From NCBI RefSeq assembly GCF_964355755.1, contig NC_092679.1, positions 836,201-900,200 of the forward strand: a stretch of 64,000 bases of DNA, written 5' to 3'. Below are positions 13,702 through 28,096 of this stretch, piece by piece (position 1 is the first letter of the stretch; every line of letters starts with the position of its first letter). Source of the DNA: Antedon mediterranea (lineage: Eukaryota; Animalia; Echinodermata). The position numbers and the translations under genes are program-made. The notes beneath the pieces were generated by a model that did no database searches, was not told the DNA's origin, and was given only the letters and a program-made list of their open reading frames with translations.

Positions 13702-15744
13702 AGAAAAGAATGTTAAAGATGGTTTGATGAGAAACATAAAAGACAGTTATCATAAATAAGCGGCGGCTGATCCAGAATTTTGAAACAGTGAGAGGGGGAA
13801 GCATGAAAAATGGTTGTTGTCCTGTTCAGTCAATGATATATTAAATACACATTATGAAATCAATACAGAATTCCTTATACCATATTGGAGATATAGAGTT
13901 GTACTGTATATGATCAGCAGATCATCTATCAGGCAGGTTTAAATAATAGTGATTGATAACCTGTGGCAAAGGTCAACCAATTGGCTCATAAATGATTGAC
14001 AAAATTAATTTGTCAATCTTATATCATTACACTCTAGCCAATAATCTTACAGTTGATAGCATTACACATGGTTCGCCTTTAAATCAAGTCAGAACAGCAA
14101 ATTAAATCTAGTATTTTTTTGCAGCATCTTCATTAAATTTACCAGATTGTCGGTGCTGTATCACCACACAACAGTATTAATATAAAGACAATAATGATGT
14201 AAATTGCTACACAAATATAATGTACTCATAATACAGCAAATTGAACTGGGTACACTATGACAATATTTATCTTATATATTGTAATTTAATACTATTTATT
14301 GATCCATTATGTCCAGTATGTTAATAAGACAACGATCTAATGTCCAGATGTTATTATCCCATAATGCATCACTCATCATTATTCCAGATATTGTGCACTT
14401 TAATCCTGTGCAGCGATTTTAGACGTCTAGATGTCTCAATATAAAATAGTAAAAACAAAGATTGAATTTCATTTCATTCCAATTTTTATTACATTCTCTG
14501 CATTTGAAATTTTGTTTTCATCAATAAATATCATCTATCCACTCGAATCTCTGTACAGTATGACATCCAGTCCAGTATAGTAGCCTAGGCAAATGCTGTA
14601 TACAGTGTCACATGTTTTAAAGGTTAGTCTTATGGCCTATAATACAGGCATCACATGTGATACATTCCAAAATTTACCTAATGATACTGGGCAACTATTT
14701 GTATTAAAAGCATAAATATAAACATCAGACAATTTAAATTCTGGTATGTGAACTTTCTTATAATTCATAAGGACTTTATTACAAATATTGAGTTGTAAAG
14801 ATCTTTTACTGATTGTCTTTTCTCAAACCTCCACTATTGATTAATAACAATGAAATCATAGTAGTCAGAAACGGAAGGAACATTAATTATGTTTCTATAG
14901 AAATCATACAGAATTCTTTGGTGCAAGGAAAACTTCAACAAGCTTTAAAATCACCCAATGATATTGTTTGAATCTAAAGGTCAATTCTGCCCTTCTTGCA
15001 TTTCATAAACCCATTCAACTAGACTTCACATTGATCAGCAAATGAAGCTGAAATCAAGAATAGGATAAATTATCAATGAAGGTTGCTATGAATTGTAGTC
15101 GGTTCGATCACTGTTCAATATTCTATTTAGAGAAAGTTCTCATATTCGTTAATCGCTCATGCGCAACAAATGCTAACAATAGCTGAAGAATTAATATTTC
15201 CTTGACTGCTATATGTAGAACAATTATTTTATTTTTGTACAGGTATGTCAAAATGGTTATCACAGTCCTAGAAATTGCCATTATTATACAAATTCTTAAC
15301 TAACAATTTATAAAAAATCTACTACTGTGCTAGATTGCTAGTTTGCTGGGTCCTCATTTATAATCCCATCTTCCAAAATTACCTCAATGTTCAATGTTGG
15401 TACTTATATTATTTTCTTATTTATTGTGAATAGCTCCTCATTCAAATATCTCATGGTCTACAGTAGTGGACGTTCACCATGCAAGCGCTTCAATTCTTAA
15501 AGTAATCATGTAACAGTGTAAACGCCTTCTAACCCATTTGAAATCATACTACTGTAGATATATTTTCATATACTAGAGGATTACAGTTTTTGTATGCCCT
15601 AACTATAGTAAGTGTTTAAAAGTAGATAACTCAACTCATTTCAGTTAATTTGGGAATGAGCCAGCATTGAACAATAAAGGATATAGAAAATCATATATAA
15701 GGAAGTTGGCAACAATCCTACACTGAGCATAACAAACCCCCTTA

Positions 15745-16226
15745 AGCTCTGTATACACTATCAAACTGGTTTGACAAAAAAGTGTGATGTGCCTAAATAC
15801 TGTATGGTATAGTGATATGCTCAAATACGTGTCCATGGGCACATCACATTCAATTCAATTCAACTTTATTTCAGACAAACTGTCCATATGAAACACATAA
15901 AGTTTACAAAAACAACACATTATTATGGCTATACTGATACTAGTTAACACACGTAAAAGTATACATGAGATTAAATATACAAAAGTTCTGTCCATTTTCT
16001 ATGCAACTTTGAATCTTTTAGAATACGAGAAAAAACACATGTAATTAAAGTATTACAGCTTTTTTCAATTTTTGTTTTGAAACCAAAAATTGATTTCCGA
16101 ATGTACTCATAGAAGGAGGGAACATGGTTATCAACAAACATAGCACTAGCACTACAGCTCCTTGAGCGTCTTAAAATCTTTCTAAGTGCGTTATTTTGTC
16201 ACATACAGTTCAGTGTAGACACAGCT
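15745..16226. mobile_element. MITE family A copy interrupted by an insertion
   Basis: Left half 15745-15849 and right half about 16191-16226 match family A; TTA flanks on both sides. Confidence 0.65.
15848..16190 (-). mobile_element. LINE (L2/CR1-type) 3' end fragment nested in a MITE
   Basis: Minus strand ends ...CTGAAATAAAGTTGAATTGAATTGAA, i.e. AATAAA plus a (TTGAA)n tail typical of L2/CR1 3' ends. Confidence 0.5.
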
Positions 16227-16899
16227 TTATTTATATGTGTAATAAAGTAAAACATTAAAAAATACACAAAATACAATTGTACAATGTCTACTACGTAAAA
16301 ATTTAACACACACAAATACATATACTGTATACAAATATATATAGATATAGGGGATAGGGAAAATCAATTAACGGTTTTTGTTACTTGCAGTTGTGTTTTA
16401 AATAATATGGCTTTTTTTTATTAACAATTAAAAATCATTACTTTAATTTTAAAAACATATAAAACATTTTTAACAAATTAAATTAATTAGGCCTAGCTAG
16501 GCCTATATCTCACTCAGAGTCAGAGTCTCACTCTCAGTCATACATAATTTTGAGTTTGTAGGCTACTACTACTTATATCCTTCCTTCATTCACACGGTAG
16601 CAAACAGGAAATAAGCAACCAGATTCCCATTAATAGGCCTAGCCTACACTAGCTAACATAGGGAGGTAGGCCTAGGCCTACAACAACTTGGTCGCCGGTT
16701 TCTTGAAAAAGCCCTGGAAGGCAAGCCTTTCTTTAATTATAATATAAGACAGAGAGAGAGGGCTAGGCCTAGACTGAAAGATTGACATATTAGGCCTAAA
16801 ATTACTTACGATGACATTACCAAACGGTGAAATCATAATCTGTTGAATAGTATACAAGTAACACATTCCATCTAAAATGTAAAAATCAAATTTTACGTC

Positions 16900-18350
16900 C
16901 TTAGGCCTACATTTCCTGAACCATGCTTCGTGGCGATATCGTCTTGTGTGTGTGGCCTTTTTTGTTGTTTACTTTCTTTTCCTATTCTTTTTTTTTCCAA
17001 GTCGTCCTCGTGTCTATATTTGATTGCGCCCTCTATTTTGACGTAATAATAAAAAGAAGGGTCACCAAAAAATCGGACACTGCATTACATGGGGCGCGCC
17101 TTATAATATTATATGGTACAAACAATACAAAATAATACACCAATTAAATTGCGAGGTACCAGTAATTTTTTAACATCGAGTCATTTATTTATTATCTAGT
17201 AATAATAATATCCATCGTAGGCCTCTTCTGTGTGAAGAGGGCATTGTCCCCTTCTTAATCTTAATAATTATTTTATTGTCAGTTGTTTTATTTACTTTTA
17301 GTGAATTCTTTTGGTTGAAAATTTTTAATGTCACATAATAGGTATGAACTTAACCACATATTGGAACGAAAACAAATTAGGCCTACCTAAAAAATTGTAA
17401 TTTAATGCAAAACATAGTCAAATTGGTTGCCAGTGTCAATGAGTTGTCTTTTTGATAAGTGAAATCATTCTTTTTTTCGTTGTTTTCTATGCAAGTGAAT
17501 AACTTTATTAAAACTGCGAAATGGCCTATTCACAGTCTGATTTTAATAGTCTTCGTTGTTCATGTTTTTTGGGGAAAATACGATATATCAAAGACGTTTA
17601 AGTAAGGATTTGTTTATATGTTTTTTCATAGTCAATAAAGCTACTACATTACAGTGTTTGTTTTTTGCAAGTAAAAATAATTTCCATCTATTCTTTTTTG
17701 GTCACCAGTAAAAATATGTTTGTGTATGATTTGTTGTATTTTTGTATGACATGTTGCTGTGTATTTTAATGTTTTCATCTCATCCCTTTGATTAATTATT
17801 TCAAGTTGCTTTATTTAGATGTTTTTACAAAATTATAATTTGTGGCGCATTTGTTATAACGCAACACTGATATGTGACAAACAAATAAAACGATATACCG
17901 CCCTCTTTTTTTAAGGCGATCATTTGAGAGAGACGATCGCGATTACACGGCAACAGTCATGCGCATTTCAAATTTAAAGTATTAATTTCCTTAACCGCTA
18001 CCGCCGCCGTGAAGTACTTCTATACGTAACGTTTGTTTGCAACCTTTGCATCTCTAATAATCAATAATAACATGAAAAATATACAATCAAAAATATAGTT
18101 TAAATTTAAATTTTATATAGTTACAAATGATATGATATATGACAATAAAACTTACAGAAATACTCGAAACTGAAGCCTCGATTAATGGCTCCTCCCATGA
18201 CATACACGTGTTGTGTGAATACATGTGGCCTTGTTTGGACGCCATGTTTATTGTTTACGATCGCTTTTGACATGTTGTGAATAGCTAACTTGCGAAGCAA
18301 CATAGGCGTGTATCGAATATTCGGTCAAGAATTAACATTTATTTGTCAAA
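16900..18350. promoter_or_regulatory. CpG-enriched MAX promoter region, possibly bidirectional
   Basis: Local CpG enrichment; E-box CACGTG at 18205-18210; CGCCCTCT motifs at about 17027 and 17899; a minus-strand donor-like site near 16896 hints at a divergent first exon. Confidence 0.45.
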
Positions 18351-21300
18351 ATGAGTGACGATGACAGAGATATTGATGTTGAGAGTGATGTAAGTATATT
18401 TATATAATATTATTTACAATTTTAAAGAGAATTTAATTAAGAAATGGTGGAGAATTTGTAATTATTTTTCTGGTTTTGTTTTCAGGACGACGGGGATATA
18501 GACCAATCTCAGGTAAGACCTGTGTGAGAGCGCGCTCTGTGCAACGTGCGTGAATTATTTGTTGTATGTTGTCTGTAGAGTACCGACGATCAAAGAGTGA
18601 TTGTTTTACCACCATTGTTTTGTGTAATATAGTGTTATATTTATCTAAAATGTTGGTGTTTTATTTTAGGTATTGAATTTATAAAAATGTTTCCTTGTTT
18701 TATTTTAATTCCGATTAGAAGGTGAGATAGTGATAGTGTTAATTGATTGTTTAGGACCACATACTTTTTAGCCTAGGGCCTACCTACCTACCAAGCTAGA
18801 TAAATACTTTTTAATTAGCTCCCTCTTTATTTTTATGTTATTTATGGAAATATTCTGTTTGTAAAAAATTGTGTATATGTCAATGGCGGATAAATAACAT
18901 TGTTTGATTATTTAAATTTGGTTTATAATTAGACTAGAATTATTTGAGTCGTCCAGGTCTAATCATCAATTTTTTTAAAAGAATCAAATAAAATTTAATT
19001 TGTAAACAGTGAGTCTCTAGATTTGCGCTGAATTACTTTATAGCTTGTACCACCAGCATCTTGACATTCTGACCTGCATATATTAATTATGTTGATACCA
19101 TTATTACTATTAATTACCTTTTATCTTTCCATTGCACATTGAAATTTAGTTTTTCTGTCCAAACTCTTGGTCTGTACCTACCAGTTATTTGTATTGTATA
19201 CGTACATAATGTAATTCCTTCAGAGGATCTCAAATGTTATAATACACCTCTAAACAGTCAATATCTGTATAATATTGCATGATTTTTTACACTTTCTGTA
19301 CATTTTATTGAATTTTTTTATTGTGACAACGAAGTTTATTTTTAATAATTTTAAATAATGTTATTTTCATATCTCTTTTTTAATTTGATTTTCTTATCAC
19401 TTTTATACAAAATCCATTGGCAATGATTGTCCTAATGATACCATTTTTTTAAACAATTTTCTTAGGTTAAAGTGTCCTGTTATACAGTATCCCATCATTG
19501 TAATGTAAGGAGTGTGTAAATTACTTAGCAATTAAATTGACAGTACCTGTATTGCAACATTGTGAGCATTATTTCTTCTCTTACTCAATACTGTGTTAAG
19601 AAATGGCTAGTAGTTTACTGTATCTTTCGATTTGTAGTCTTCTGATTCAAGTTTTTAAATATTTAATCCAAACATCCTGAAACTGTCTCTCTGTCTCACT
19701 ACAGTAAACGAGACAATTTAATAGAAGATTGAAAATTATAGACGAACAGTTAAGAAAAATACATTTATGACACGAATAAATTCAATATTAAATATATAAA
19801 TTTAACATTTTGTGATCTAAGTTTTTAATCTGAAAAATATATTTATTATAATTCATTTGTTAATGATTATACAAGTTTGCTTTGGAATAAAAAAACATGA
19901 TTTGCGCCTCCATTTTGAATGTTATCGTCATGGTTGTCGTTGTGGAAATGCCATTTTCTGCTTCTATATAGTATGTTAATAATCAGATAATATATTCAGG
20001 CAACTTGCTATCCAATGATTATTGTCATTCGTACAGCATCGTTTTAAATTATGAGAAATATTGCATTAGTTGATGCTGCTAAATTAAAATAGATGTAAAG
20101 CCTATTGTTCAAATTATTATTAGATTGTTATGCTTCACTGGTCATTGATTATCTACCGATTAAGTAGGTCAAACTGTTTTTAGATTATGCATTGATCCTA
20201 AAATAAGAAAATAAAAAGCCAATTACAATGGGAAAATTCCATGTACATGTGGTGATATTTGTAGTACAAGTTTGTGTCATGCTTGTCACAGAGGTCCTAG
20301 TAAAATTATATACACACATGGTTACATTCGCAATACAATCATACAGTGCTTACCACAGAGGTCCTAGTGAAATTATATACACACATGGTTACATTCGCAA
20401 TACAATCATGATACAGTGCTTACCACATAGGCCCTGTGAAATTTCATGCAGTGGCACTGTCAATTTTTTATCAATCCTGGTTCTAGAATCGAAAATTTTG
20501 GTTTAACGAGTGTGGGTTTGTAGGTCAGATCCTGTATACCTCAATAGGATGTGCCAAGAATTAGTTGACACATGATTTCTTTATTCCAAATTCCTTGAAT
20601 GTGCAATGATCTCTTCCTTCTTGTAGGATAGTATGTGAATGCCAAGATTGAATTTTATTTGATTCAGATTGAATTATGTCGCAGATCTTTTCAATTTGAT
20701 TAAGTTTTGATTTCAATCCATTCAGGTGCAAAATCTTTACAATGTAGGATAGTATGTGAATGCCAAGATTGAATTTGATTTGATTCAGATTGAATTATGT
20801 CGCTGATTTCAATCAGATTAAGTTTTCATTTCAATCCATTCAGGTGCAAAAGTTCATGTACTATGCATTGTTACTGTATTCGCATAAAGTCCTTAAAATT
20901 ATAGATAAATTTTAATCAATAATTTTCTTTGTAATTCTAAGCATTGAACACAGTTTTAGTACGGTTTCATAATTTATTCATTAATATTTATGACCCAAAT
21001 AGGCTTTGTTGCCATTGATAACAATCGCTATTCTGGGGTCTCACAATATTCCAATGCATCACAGTCATTGTACACTAAACACATTCTTGATTGAATTTGA
21101 TTGCTAATCTGCATTCATATATTCTGACTTGCATAGACTTGATCTCAACTATAAATGAATTTAACAGTTGATTTCAAGTTGAAACCAACACTGTTACTTT
21201 TAGTTACAGGTTTTGTAATCAAAAGAGAACACAGATCAAACCACTGTAGATAGGTATTGTAGCATTCATACTGTGCACAATCTGCTATGAATCCTGTACT

Positions 21301-24300
21301 GCATTGTAAAATGAATGATTCAAGAGAAGAGCTGATATATTTGTTGATTCCTACTGTGTTATTCTTGTTTAAAATTAAAATTTCCTTATTTATTTTTAGT
21401 ACTAATGAACTATAGTACATTAGAAAGTAAATGTGAAATGTATGTGTTGTGTATTTTTTTAATCAAAATATACAATTAATAGAATACAACATACAAATTT
21501 CCAATATTTAGGTGTTTTATCTTATATTGTATGAAAGCATTTTTCAATATTCATTCACTAAAAATAACCATGGTAAAGTTAAATATTGGCAGACCTGATT
21601 GTGTTACACTCAACTCTCCCAATACAGGACTCTATGAAAACCAGAAACTCTCCCAATACAGGACTCTATGAAAACCAGAAACTCTCCCAATACAGGACTC
21701 TCTGAAAACCAGAAACTCTCCCAATACAGGACTCTATGAAAACCAGAAACTCTCCCAATACAGGACTCTCTGAAAACCAGAAACTCTCCCAATACAGGAC
21801 TCTATGAAAACCAGAAACTCTCCCAATACAGGACTCTCTGAAAACCAGAAACTCTCCCAATACAGGACTCTCCGAAAACCAGAAACTCTCCCAATACAGG
21901 ACTCTCTGAAAACCAGAAACTCTCCCAATACAGGACTCTCTGAAAACCAGAAACTCTCCCAATACAGGACTCTCTGAAAACCAGAAACTCTCCGAATACA
22001 GGACTCTCTGAAAACCAGAAACTCTCCCAATACAGGACTCTCTGAAAACCAGAAACTCTCCGAATACAGGACTCTCTGAAAACCAGAAACTCTCTCAATA
22101 CAGGACTCTATGAAAACCAGAAACTCTCCCAATACAGGACTCTATGAAAACCAGAAACTCTCCCAATACAGGACTCTCTGAAAACCAGAAACTCTCCGAA
22201 TACAGGACTCTCTGAAAACCAGAAACTCTCTCAATACAGGACTCTATGAAAACCAGAAACTCTCCCAATACAGGACTCTATGAAAACCAGAAACTCTCCC
22301 AATACAGGACTCTCTGAAAACCAGAAACTCTCCCAATACAGGACTCTCTGAAAACCAGAAACTCTCCCAATACAGGACTCTATGAAAACCAGAAACTCTC
22401 CCAATACAGGACTCTCTGAAAACCAGAAACTCTCCCAATACAGGACTCTATGAAAACCAGAAACTCTCCCAATACAGGACTCTCTGAAAACCAGAAACTC
22501 TCCCAATACAGGACTCTCTGAAAACCAGAAACTCTCCCAATACAGGACTCTATGAAAACCAGAAACTCTCCCAATACAGGACTCTCTGAAAACCAGAAAC
22601 TCTCCCAATACAGGACTCTATGAAAACCAGAAACTCTCCCAATACAGGACTCTCTGAAAACCAGAAACTCTCCGAATACAGGACTCTCTGAAAACCAGAA
22701 ACTCTCCGAATACAGGACTCTCTGAAAACCAGAAACTCTCTCAATACAGGACTCTCTGAAAACCAGAAACTCTCCCAATACAGGACTCTCTGAAAACCAG
22801 AAACTCTCCCAATACAGGACTCTATGAAAACCAGAAACTCTCCCAATACCAGAAACTCTCTCAATACAGGACTCTATGAAAACCAGAAACTCTCCCAATA
22901 CAGGACTCTCTGAAAACCAGAAACTCTCCCAATACCAGAAACTCTCTCAATACAGGACTCTATGAAAACCAGAAACTCTCCCAATACAGGACTCTCTGAA
23001 AACCAGAAACTCTCTCAATACAGGACTCTATGAAAACCAGAAACTCTCTCAATACAGGACTCTATGAAAACCAGAAACTCTCCCAATACAGGACTCTCTG
23101 AAAACCAGAAACTCTCTCAATACAGGACTCTATGAAAACCAGAAACTCTCCCAATACACAGGACTCTCTGAAAACCAGAAACTCTCCCAATACCAGACTT
23201 TTCTTAAGTCCAAACGGTCCCAAATTCATTTTTAACATTAAAAACACATTCTGAATAATAGACTTTCCGGAAAACCAGACATATTTGTCCAGCCCAAAGG
23301 TGTCCGGTATTGGGAGAGTTGACTGTATGACTGTAAAAACTGTAAAGGAAATTGTAAACTTAGTTTTAATATCCATGTCACAGGATCTGTTATCTTTTGA
23401 GTTCCGTGTTGTGTTTTCTGTTATTTCGTAGAATACATATTTATCTTTGTGATATAAATCTATAATTGGCAGGATAAGAGTTGAGCAAACTGATTAGTAT
23501 GCCTGCTTGTCCTGAGGAATTAGGTTCGAGTCTACAGTAGCTCCTGTCAAGTTCTAAGAATAACATTTGTTGTATGTACTTTGGATTAGGATGCAGTAAC
23601 ATATTCTAACATGGAGTTACTTAGTTTCGAACGCTGCACACTCAATATACTGTACATACTTCAGCATTGACATGGGTAAAGATAAACTCCAACAATGGTG
23701 TGACTTATCTAAACATGATCATTGTGTTTGAAATTGTATTTAGTGATGAATTTATTTGTATAGATTAATTCCTATCTGTTTCTTGTTTGAGTGAAGTTCA
23801 GTCGACACGTATGTTATTTTAGGTAAATTAATTTTTTATGCAATTCCGTGATCAGTCATTGACTATATATTATTACTCATATCTTTATTAAATATGAATA
23901 AACAACCTATAACAATGTAAGCATTGTGTGGGTCTTTCCATTTCCTTATTTTTGTCTGCTTGGTAATTCCGAAATTGCAAACAATGAAGTTACACATTTT
24001 ATCGGTTTCTTAAAAGCACTATAATATATTGATTTGCAAAAGGATTATTTGACCAATTGGCTCAAAGGTCAACTGACCAATCAGATTTGACCATTGCTAT
24101 GTTTACTATAAGACTGAGCATGGGATGGATCAATATTTTGGACGATAGCCAAAAGTAGTAAAGGAGATAACAAAAGCAACGTGTAGTAATCCATGTAACT
24201 CACATGGTTAAATAATAGCTTGTTGACCTTTGGCCTTTAGTCTCGTGCATGTTGTATGTGACTTATGACACGTATGACATTTAGTCTATCCCTCTGAATC

Positions 24301-27300
24301 TAATTTGTATGATAGTGTTGTTTTATTTTATTGGACAGTTTAGTACTGTATGCTTTTGCATTTTGGTGGTGAGTTTTTAAATGAATAAAAAAGAGACTAC
24401 AGTAGTACACATTAACATGTATGCGCTTAAGCATATATTAAGTGCACAACTTAACATACTGTAGATCGTAAACTCATTGCATGATAGGAAATATAAAACG
24501 GGCTATATACCCTGACATCCAGGTATGCCTATGGTAAGCATGTCCTTACACACCCAATGACAAATGCATCCAGAAGGTCAGTATGTCATACTAAGGTCAA
24601 CATGATACATCCAGGTCACTGTCAGAAAATGACATGTATATTGTACAGACTTAGATGCATATCAGTCCAATACCAAGTAATATATTTTCTAGTAGTTGAA
24701 CTTGACAGAAGATTTTAAAAGCACAGCAATACATTCCTACGTTGCATCTAGGTCAGCCTGTTGCGTCATTGCCCCTATCATTTGCCCTGCATGGTATTTC
24801 ATGTCCTAGTGCTATCTGGGTCATTATTACTTTTGTCCAAGATAGAACATGTTGTATCCTACGGCTATATGGGTTGTTAGTAGAGTTTTCAACCAGGATT
24901 ACCGATGAAAATAAGATGGGAACCGAATATAAAATTATTGTACAAACAACTGTGCATTTGCTTGTGCAAATATTGTTGTAGTAAGATCATTTAATGAAAT
25001 ATATTTTGAATATATTATTTCATATTAAATAAGAAAATATGTAAGGGTCCAAATTTTATAACAATTTTAGAAATGATAGTGTAATTATGTAATATAGTCA
25101 CTATATTTTTACTGTATCTTCTTGAATGACATAGAGTATTGATTACTGTGTATACTGTACAGGTAGTATTAATCATGAATTTTGTGAAATTATGTTGTAC
25201 ATTTCTATCGATATGGTAGATTTAATCTTTTTATATTTATGCACTAGAGGGTATATTTACACATGTATACAACTTCTCAGATATCTTGGCGTGTGTCCAA
25301 ATTGGTCTTGTTAGATTCAGCTTGGTTCATTCGCCTGTCTTTGTAAACTGGCGTCACTTTGGGCCCTAGTACCAGTATGTTGATTTTACATCAGTCCATC
25401 AAAACGCTTTATAAACATATTCTATCATAGTTTATTGGAATTGATTTTACTGTGTATGTATTGTATGCAAATGAGCTCTAGGCTATAGCATTATAATTTC
25501 GTAGTGAAGGAGGAGTTATCACAGCTAGTAATCAATGGGAAGCCCTTACTAATAAACATATTGTATTAGTAGTCCAGGCACTTCAAGTGGACAAGAAGAA
25601 GAGGAGCTTATAAAACTGACACATTGTATTAATGTGGCTTGTTATTGTGTAAAACAAACTAGTTTTTTAGGGGTTTTTTTTGGAACATCATGAATGAAAT
25701 TTGTTGACACTCTAGCTACAGTTATCATTGTATAAGCCTATTTACATTTACACAACCTACAGTAATGTATCTGTCCAAACACATTTGGTCCTTCTCCTTG
25801 GGTCCAGTTCTTAATGAAATTGAAAGAAGTCTATAAGTGGAGAGGTACAGACATATGCTCAATTTATATTATACTTTTAAACAATGTTTTGTTTATGCAG
25901 TAACTAAGGTAAAACATAATGAAGAAATTGTAGTATTCAACATTTTGTTTTATTATTTGGTTTTTTTTTTCTTATTTGAGAGTTGAGTTGAAAGAGTTAT
26001 GAGTTACACTAGGTCAGGATTGAACCCTGGACCTTGGGATTAGGAGGCAAACATGTTAACCACCAAGTTACAGCTCCAATACTACTCATGATGATGTCTA
26101 TCTCTTGATTTGAAAGTTAATGGAATGTCTTTTTATATTTTCTAGGCTGAAAAACGAGCTCACCACAATGCTCTTGAACGAAAACGACGTGATCACATTA
26201 AAGATAGCTTCAACATGCTTAGAGACGCTGTCCCTAATTTACAAGGAGAAAAGGTATTCACAATTGTTGTCATATACCGATTGATTGTAAATTAAAACGT
26301 GACTACTGGGTTTAATCAACTAGCACTTGTGTTCCTAATTAATTCATAGACAGTATGAATTGAATAGGCCTGACTTTGACTTTTTGTTTTAATTGAACAA
26401 TGTGTTAAAAAAGGGTGGTTTTTGGTTAAAGATCAAAATCAACTAAAATCTTCTATTGAAATTGAAATAAGAGACAAGGTCCAAAAACCATAAATTAACC
26501 ATATTTTTACTACTTTCATCAAATTTGTTTAATTTTCACCACAGGCGTCTCGTGCTCAGATTCTCAACAAGGCAACAGAATATATCCAGTTTATGAGACG
26601 GAAAAATAACTCGCACCAAAATGATATTGATGATTTGAAAAAGCAAAACGAACTACTCGATGGGCAGGGTTTGTAAATTTAGGGTTTTGTTTTTAACCTT
26701 TAACTGAAAACTAGTCCTCTAGTCATCACAAAATTTAGAAAAAATTAAGCTTTTTCATGCGATCAGATTTAATTAAAACAGAATCATGTAATTGAGTATC
26801 GAATGGTGTTATGTAGCAGATTGTATTGATGGGCAGACGATGTCCTTGACAGAGAAAATATAATATACTAAACAGAGGTCAACCTACTTTAAATTAGGTC
26901 ACTCATAAAAGAAGAATGATGTCATAATATGCCATTCCATGTTATGTCCCTACTCCCTCATCTAACCAATATTGCCATCTACCAATCAAATGCTTACACT
27001 TAGTATGATTGTTGTGTGCATTGAGGGCAGTATTTATCTATGAAATTGCAAAGTTGTTGCTGTGCTGTTGTATTTGCTTAGCAGTGTTCAGATGGATTTA
27101 TTAAAAAACAAATATAATTATCTTTCGTGGTAATCATGCGTTATAGATACTGTAAATTTGTAGTGTTTGCTCGAGGCATTTACATCATATCTGCCAATGT
27201 AATTATATTGCATAAATGTAGCTATTTTGTTTTCAAGCAGAAAGAAAAGGTCTTGTAGATTTAGGCTTTCATAATTAGTCTTTTTCCACTAAATAATTTG

Positions 27301-28096
27301 ATGATTTTAGGCATACACAAGAATCCAGAACAAGGCTACAACAAATGTGACAGTGTGGCCACACCCTTTTACTCGCTTTCTTCCATAGTAGTATTGCTAC
27401 AATAAGTCAAACATTTATTAAGGTCAAGGTTATATTTTACCATTCATTAATTTAAAGCTTTTAAGCATTTGCTTATTTCCAATGCAGTAGTATCTCTATA
27501 TTTGTATATTATTCCATAACACTGCTTTTATGGTATTTCAATTACTAACTCATGAACCAATGGTTGATTTCCTTATTAGGCATTTTGAAATATTTCTGCA
27601 TTTTATTTTTGTTATCGGTCATATTCAATAAACATTGACCATATGTCACTGTTAACAGGGTTGAAAGACAAAATATAATATAATGTACAAGCCAAAAATC
27701 AACAAATAACAAGACAACATTTAGATATTAGTGACATTAGATAAAACAAAATAACCGAAACCAGGAAACCATTGCATCTCTAGTGGGAACCAAGCTTTAA
27801 TGTAGAATTATGAATTTCATTTTTATTTGGTTTCAGTTGCATTGCTAGAGAAGGCTCAAGTGACAGGAAAATTAGATCCAGAAAGTCTCATTGATCCAGA
27901 CACTATTAGCATGCTAACAAATTCCAAGTCCAGTAACGATAGTGAAGATTCCGAGTCAGATTCATCGGATGACAGTGACCCTGACGTTCCAAGGAAACGG
28001 TTAAAAGTCGTCAACGATGCACTTGATAGTCATATTTTGATACCTGATTCGTCTGTTCCGGCGAGTGCCGTGTCGGTCACTATTTCAACGTCGTGA
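18351..28096 (+). CDS. MAX: MAX bHLH-leucine zipper transcription factor, 185 aa, 5 coding exons
   Basis: Exons 18351-18389 ([13 protein letters not shown]), 18486-18512 (DDGDIDQSQ), 26146-26253 ([36 protein letters not shown]), 26545-26668 ([21 protein letters not shown]...), 27837-28096 (VALLEKA..., acidic tract, NLS RKRLK, stop). All introns GT-AG with consistent phases; bHLH nearly identical to MAX. Confidence 0.97.
20287..20430. repeat. Tandem duplication, about 68 bp x2
   Basis: CACAGAGGTCCTAGT.AAATTATATACACACATGGTTACATTCGCAATACAATCAT..ACAGTGCTTAC occurs twice. Confidence 0.85.
20622..20851. repeat. Tandem duplication, about 121 bp x2
   Basis: TGTAGGATAGTATGTGAATGCCAAGATTGAATTT...CCATTCAGGTGCAAAA at 20622 and 20743. 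Confidence 0.85.
21609..23325. mobile_element. Tc1/mariner-type MITE (CAGTCAACTCTCCCAATA termini) internally expanded by a minisatellite
   Basis: Left CTCAACTCTCCCAATAC (degenerate), right GTATTGGGAGAGTTGACTG|TA. Internal sequence matches unexpanded copies at about 29969 and 63529-63809. Confidence 0.75.
21611..23195. repeat. Minisatellite, 34-bp unit GAAAACCAGAAACTCTCCCAATACAGGACTCT(C/A)T, about 46 copies, in MAX intron 2
   Basis: Directly visible tandem array with a few interspersed variant units. Confidence 0.98.
26008..26077 (-). mobile_element. tRNA-derived SINE head remnant
   Basis: Minus strand GGAGCTGTAACTTGGTGGTTAACATG...CCAGGGTTCAATCCTGA has A/B-box-like motifs. Confidence 0.45.

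Noticed and set aside
9713-13804. 1363-aa and 1328-aa minus-strand ORFs
   Set aside because: Both are translations of a stop-free 40-bp satellite; several frames are open and the unit is not a multiple of 3.
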